Notes under the pieces: generated by a model
The model's database searches: none
Told to the model about the DNA's origin: nothing
The model's input: the letters and a program-made list of their open reading frames with translations, nothing else
Shown here: positions 45,719 to 46,873 of the stretch, in pieces
Layout of the letters: each line of letters begins with the position of its first letter
How positions within the stretch are numbered: position 1 is the first letter of the stretch
Position numbers and translations under genes: made by a program
IMG/VR virus record: IMGVR_UViG_3300031949_000067
Span: 1 to 46,873 of that record
Source: a virus
Taxonomy: Duplodnaviria; Caudoviricetes
Strand: one strand, 5' to 3'
Length of the DNA: 46,873 nucleotides

Positions 45719-45922
45719 GTGCGCGAACCAAAACGAAGAAATACGTTCTTGTACGTAAGGCCCGACGACAAAGAGAAGATGATGCGGGTCGCCGAGGCCA
45801 ATGATCGGTCGATCGCCGCTCAGTTCGCGATTATGCTTCGCGAATACACCATGCGGAACGGCAATGGCGAAGACGGCAAAAACCGATCCAAGGCCAAGGC
45901 GAACGCCGTGGACGATACCTAA
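45719..45922 (+). CDS. Ribbon-helix-helix (Arc/CopG-like) regulator
   Basis: TFLYVRPDDKEKMMRVAEANDRSIAAQFAIMLREY matches the beta-alpha-alpha pattern; GTG start 7 nt after the -10 box (start uncertain). Confidence 0.7.
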   Translation: MREPKRRNTFLYVRPDDKEKMMRVAEANDRSIAAQFAIMLREYTMRNGNGEDGKNRSKAKANAVDDT

Positions 45923-46342
45923 GTCTCTGTTCCATCCTCGCCGCGGCGATCGTGGCGCCGCGGCTGCCCTTAGATTCTACTCCGGGAGACCGGGGAGCCA
46001 GGCCGGCGCGGCGGTTGCGCCATCGCTGCGCCGGTCAATTTTCTCGCTGCGGTTCCGGGCGGCGTTCCGCCGCGAACGAGAGACGCCGTCCGGGCCGCAC
46101 TTTGTGAGGTAAACGACTGTGGCCAAACTGAAGACTCCACCCCGTGACCACACGGGGATTCTACTGAAGCTCACCGCCGACTGCCGCGCTAAGTTCTGGC
46201 CGTTCGGTGTTCCGGGTGAGGATCGCTGGGGCGGCGGCGAGTCACCGAAGGAAACCAAGCCGCGACTCGACCGGCACTGTAAGTCGAACTCGGTGGCCTG
46301 CGGGCGGTCAGCGAACGCGCCCGAATCATGGATAGGTGACTA

Positions 46343-46873
46343 ATGGGCAACCTTCACGGAATCGAACTACCCGCGTGCGACGTGATCCAGTGCCGCGACC
46401 GAGAGGACTGGCTGGACAAACACGGCAGGGTAATGACCACATCCGATGCGATGGCAGCGCTCGGAGAGGACGACTACAAGTCCTACTTTTCCCTCTACTT
46501 CGAAAAGACCGATGGCGCCGCCGACGTCGACAACCTGCCCATGAAGCTGGGCCGCTACCTCGAACCGTTCATGGCCGACGAGTACGTGCTCGCGACGCAA
46601 CGCACCGTCCGGTTGACGCCCTACACGCTTTGCGTGTCGCGAGAACACCCTTGGTTGGCCTGCACGCCGGACGCCCTAGCGCTACCCGCCGACGATCCCC
46701 GGCAGTGCGAGTTCAAGACCACGAGCGCCTATGCCGCAGACGCGTGGAAGAACGGCGGCGCTCCGCTTCGGGCGCAGGTGCAACTCATTCTCGGTCTGGC
46801 GATTACCGGATTGCGGTTCGGCGACCTGTTTGCCCTAATCGGCAACCGCTCGCTGGAGCTGCGACCCATCGAC
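46343..46873 (+). CDS. YqaJ-like viral recombinase exonuclease, N-terminal part (continues at 128..529)
   Basis: Hand translation: REDWL..HGRVMTTSDAMAALG..YKS..SLYFEKT..MKLGRYLEP..HPWLACTPDAL..CEFKT; PD-(D/E)xK motif of the lambda-exonuclease family. Absent from the ORF track because it runs off the end. Confidence 0.9.
   Translation, partial: MGNLHGIELPACDVIQCRDREDWLDKHGRVMTTSDAMAALGEDDYKSYFSLYFEKTDGAADVDNLPMKLGRYLEPFMADEYVLATQRTVRLTPYTLCVSREHPWLACTPDALALPADDPRQCEFKTTSAYAADAWKNGGAPLRAQVQLILGLAITGLRFGDLFALIGNRSLELRPID
46748..46873. repeat. Terminal direct overlap (126 bp), right copy
   Basis: Identical to 2-127. Confidence 0.97.

Noticed and set aside
46119-46343. 74-aa ORF upstream of YqaJ
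   Set aside because: It has a GAGG RBS-like motif and a TAATG overlap with YqaJ, so it may be real, but it has no recognisable motif and I left it uncalled.

Overview
The window is an apparently complete, circularly assembled ~46.7 kb GC-rich tailed phage genome: bases 2-127 repeat exactly at 46748-46873, and one YqaJ-type nuclease gene runs across the join. Modules in order: (i) a rightward early block with a ribbon-helix-helix regulator, YqaJ exonuclease, SMC/Rad50-like ATPase, putative annealing protein, many small ORFs, tRNA-Arg(UCU) plus a cluster of structured RNA-like elements, and a Gp37/Gp68 (DUF5131) protein; (ii) a convergent leftward operon with a clamp-loader-like AAA+ ATPase and small cassette-like ORFs, ending in a stand-alone Cas7/RAMP-like gene, then a ~215-nt noncoding array with 5-nt (YG-NNN) periodicity nested in a 31-nt unit, then a terminator; (iii) putative small terminase, an iteron-rich candidate origin, and a leftward D5/P4-type helicase plus ERCC4 nuclease; (iv) a podovirus-like morphogenesis block (large terminase, portal, scaffold, capsid, adaptor, nozzle, fibres, ejection-type proteins). 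I recognised no integrase, DNA polymerase, CRISPR array, other cas gene or clear endolysin. The best candidate for an unusual system is the RAMP gene plus periodic array. Also notable are a large terminase whose nuclease segments appear out of canonical order, a capsid protein with a signal-peptide-like N-terminus, and an expanded tRNA-like RNA. All protein calls come from motif recognition by eye and from gene order; no database search was run.
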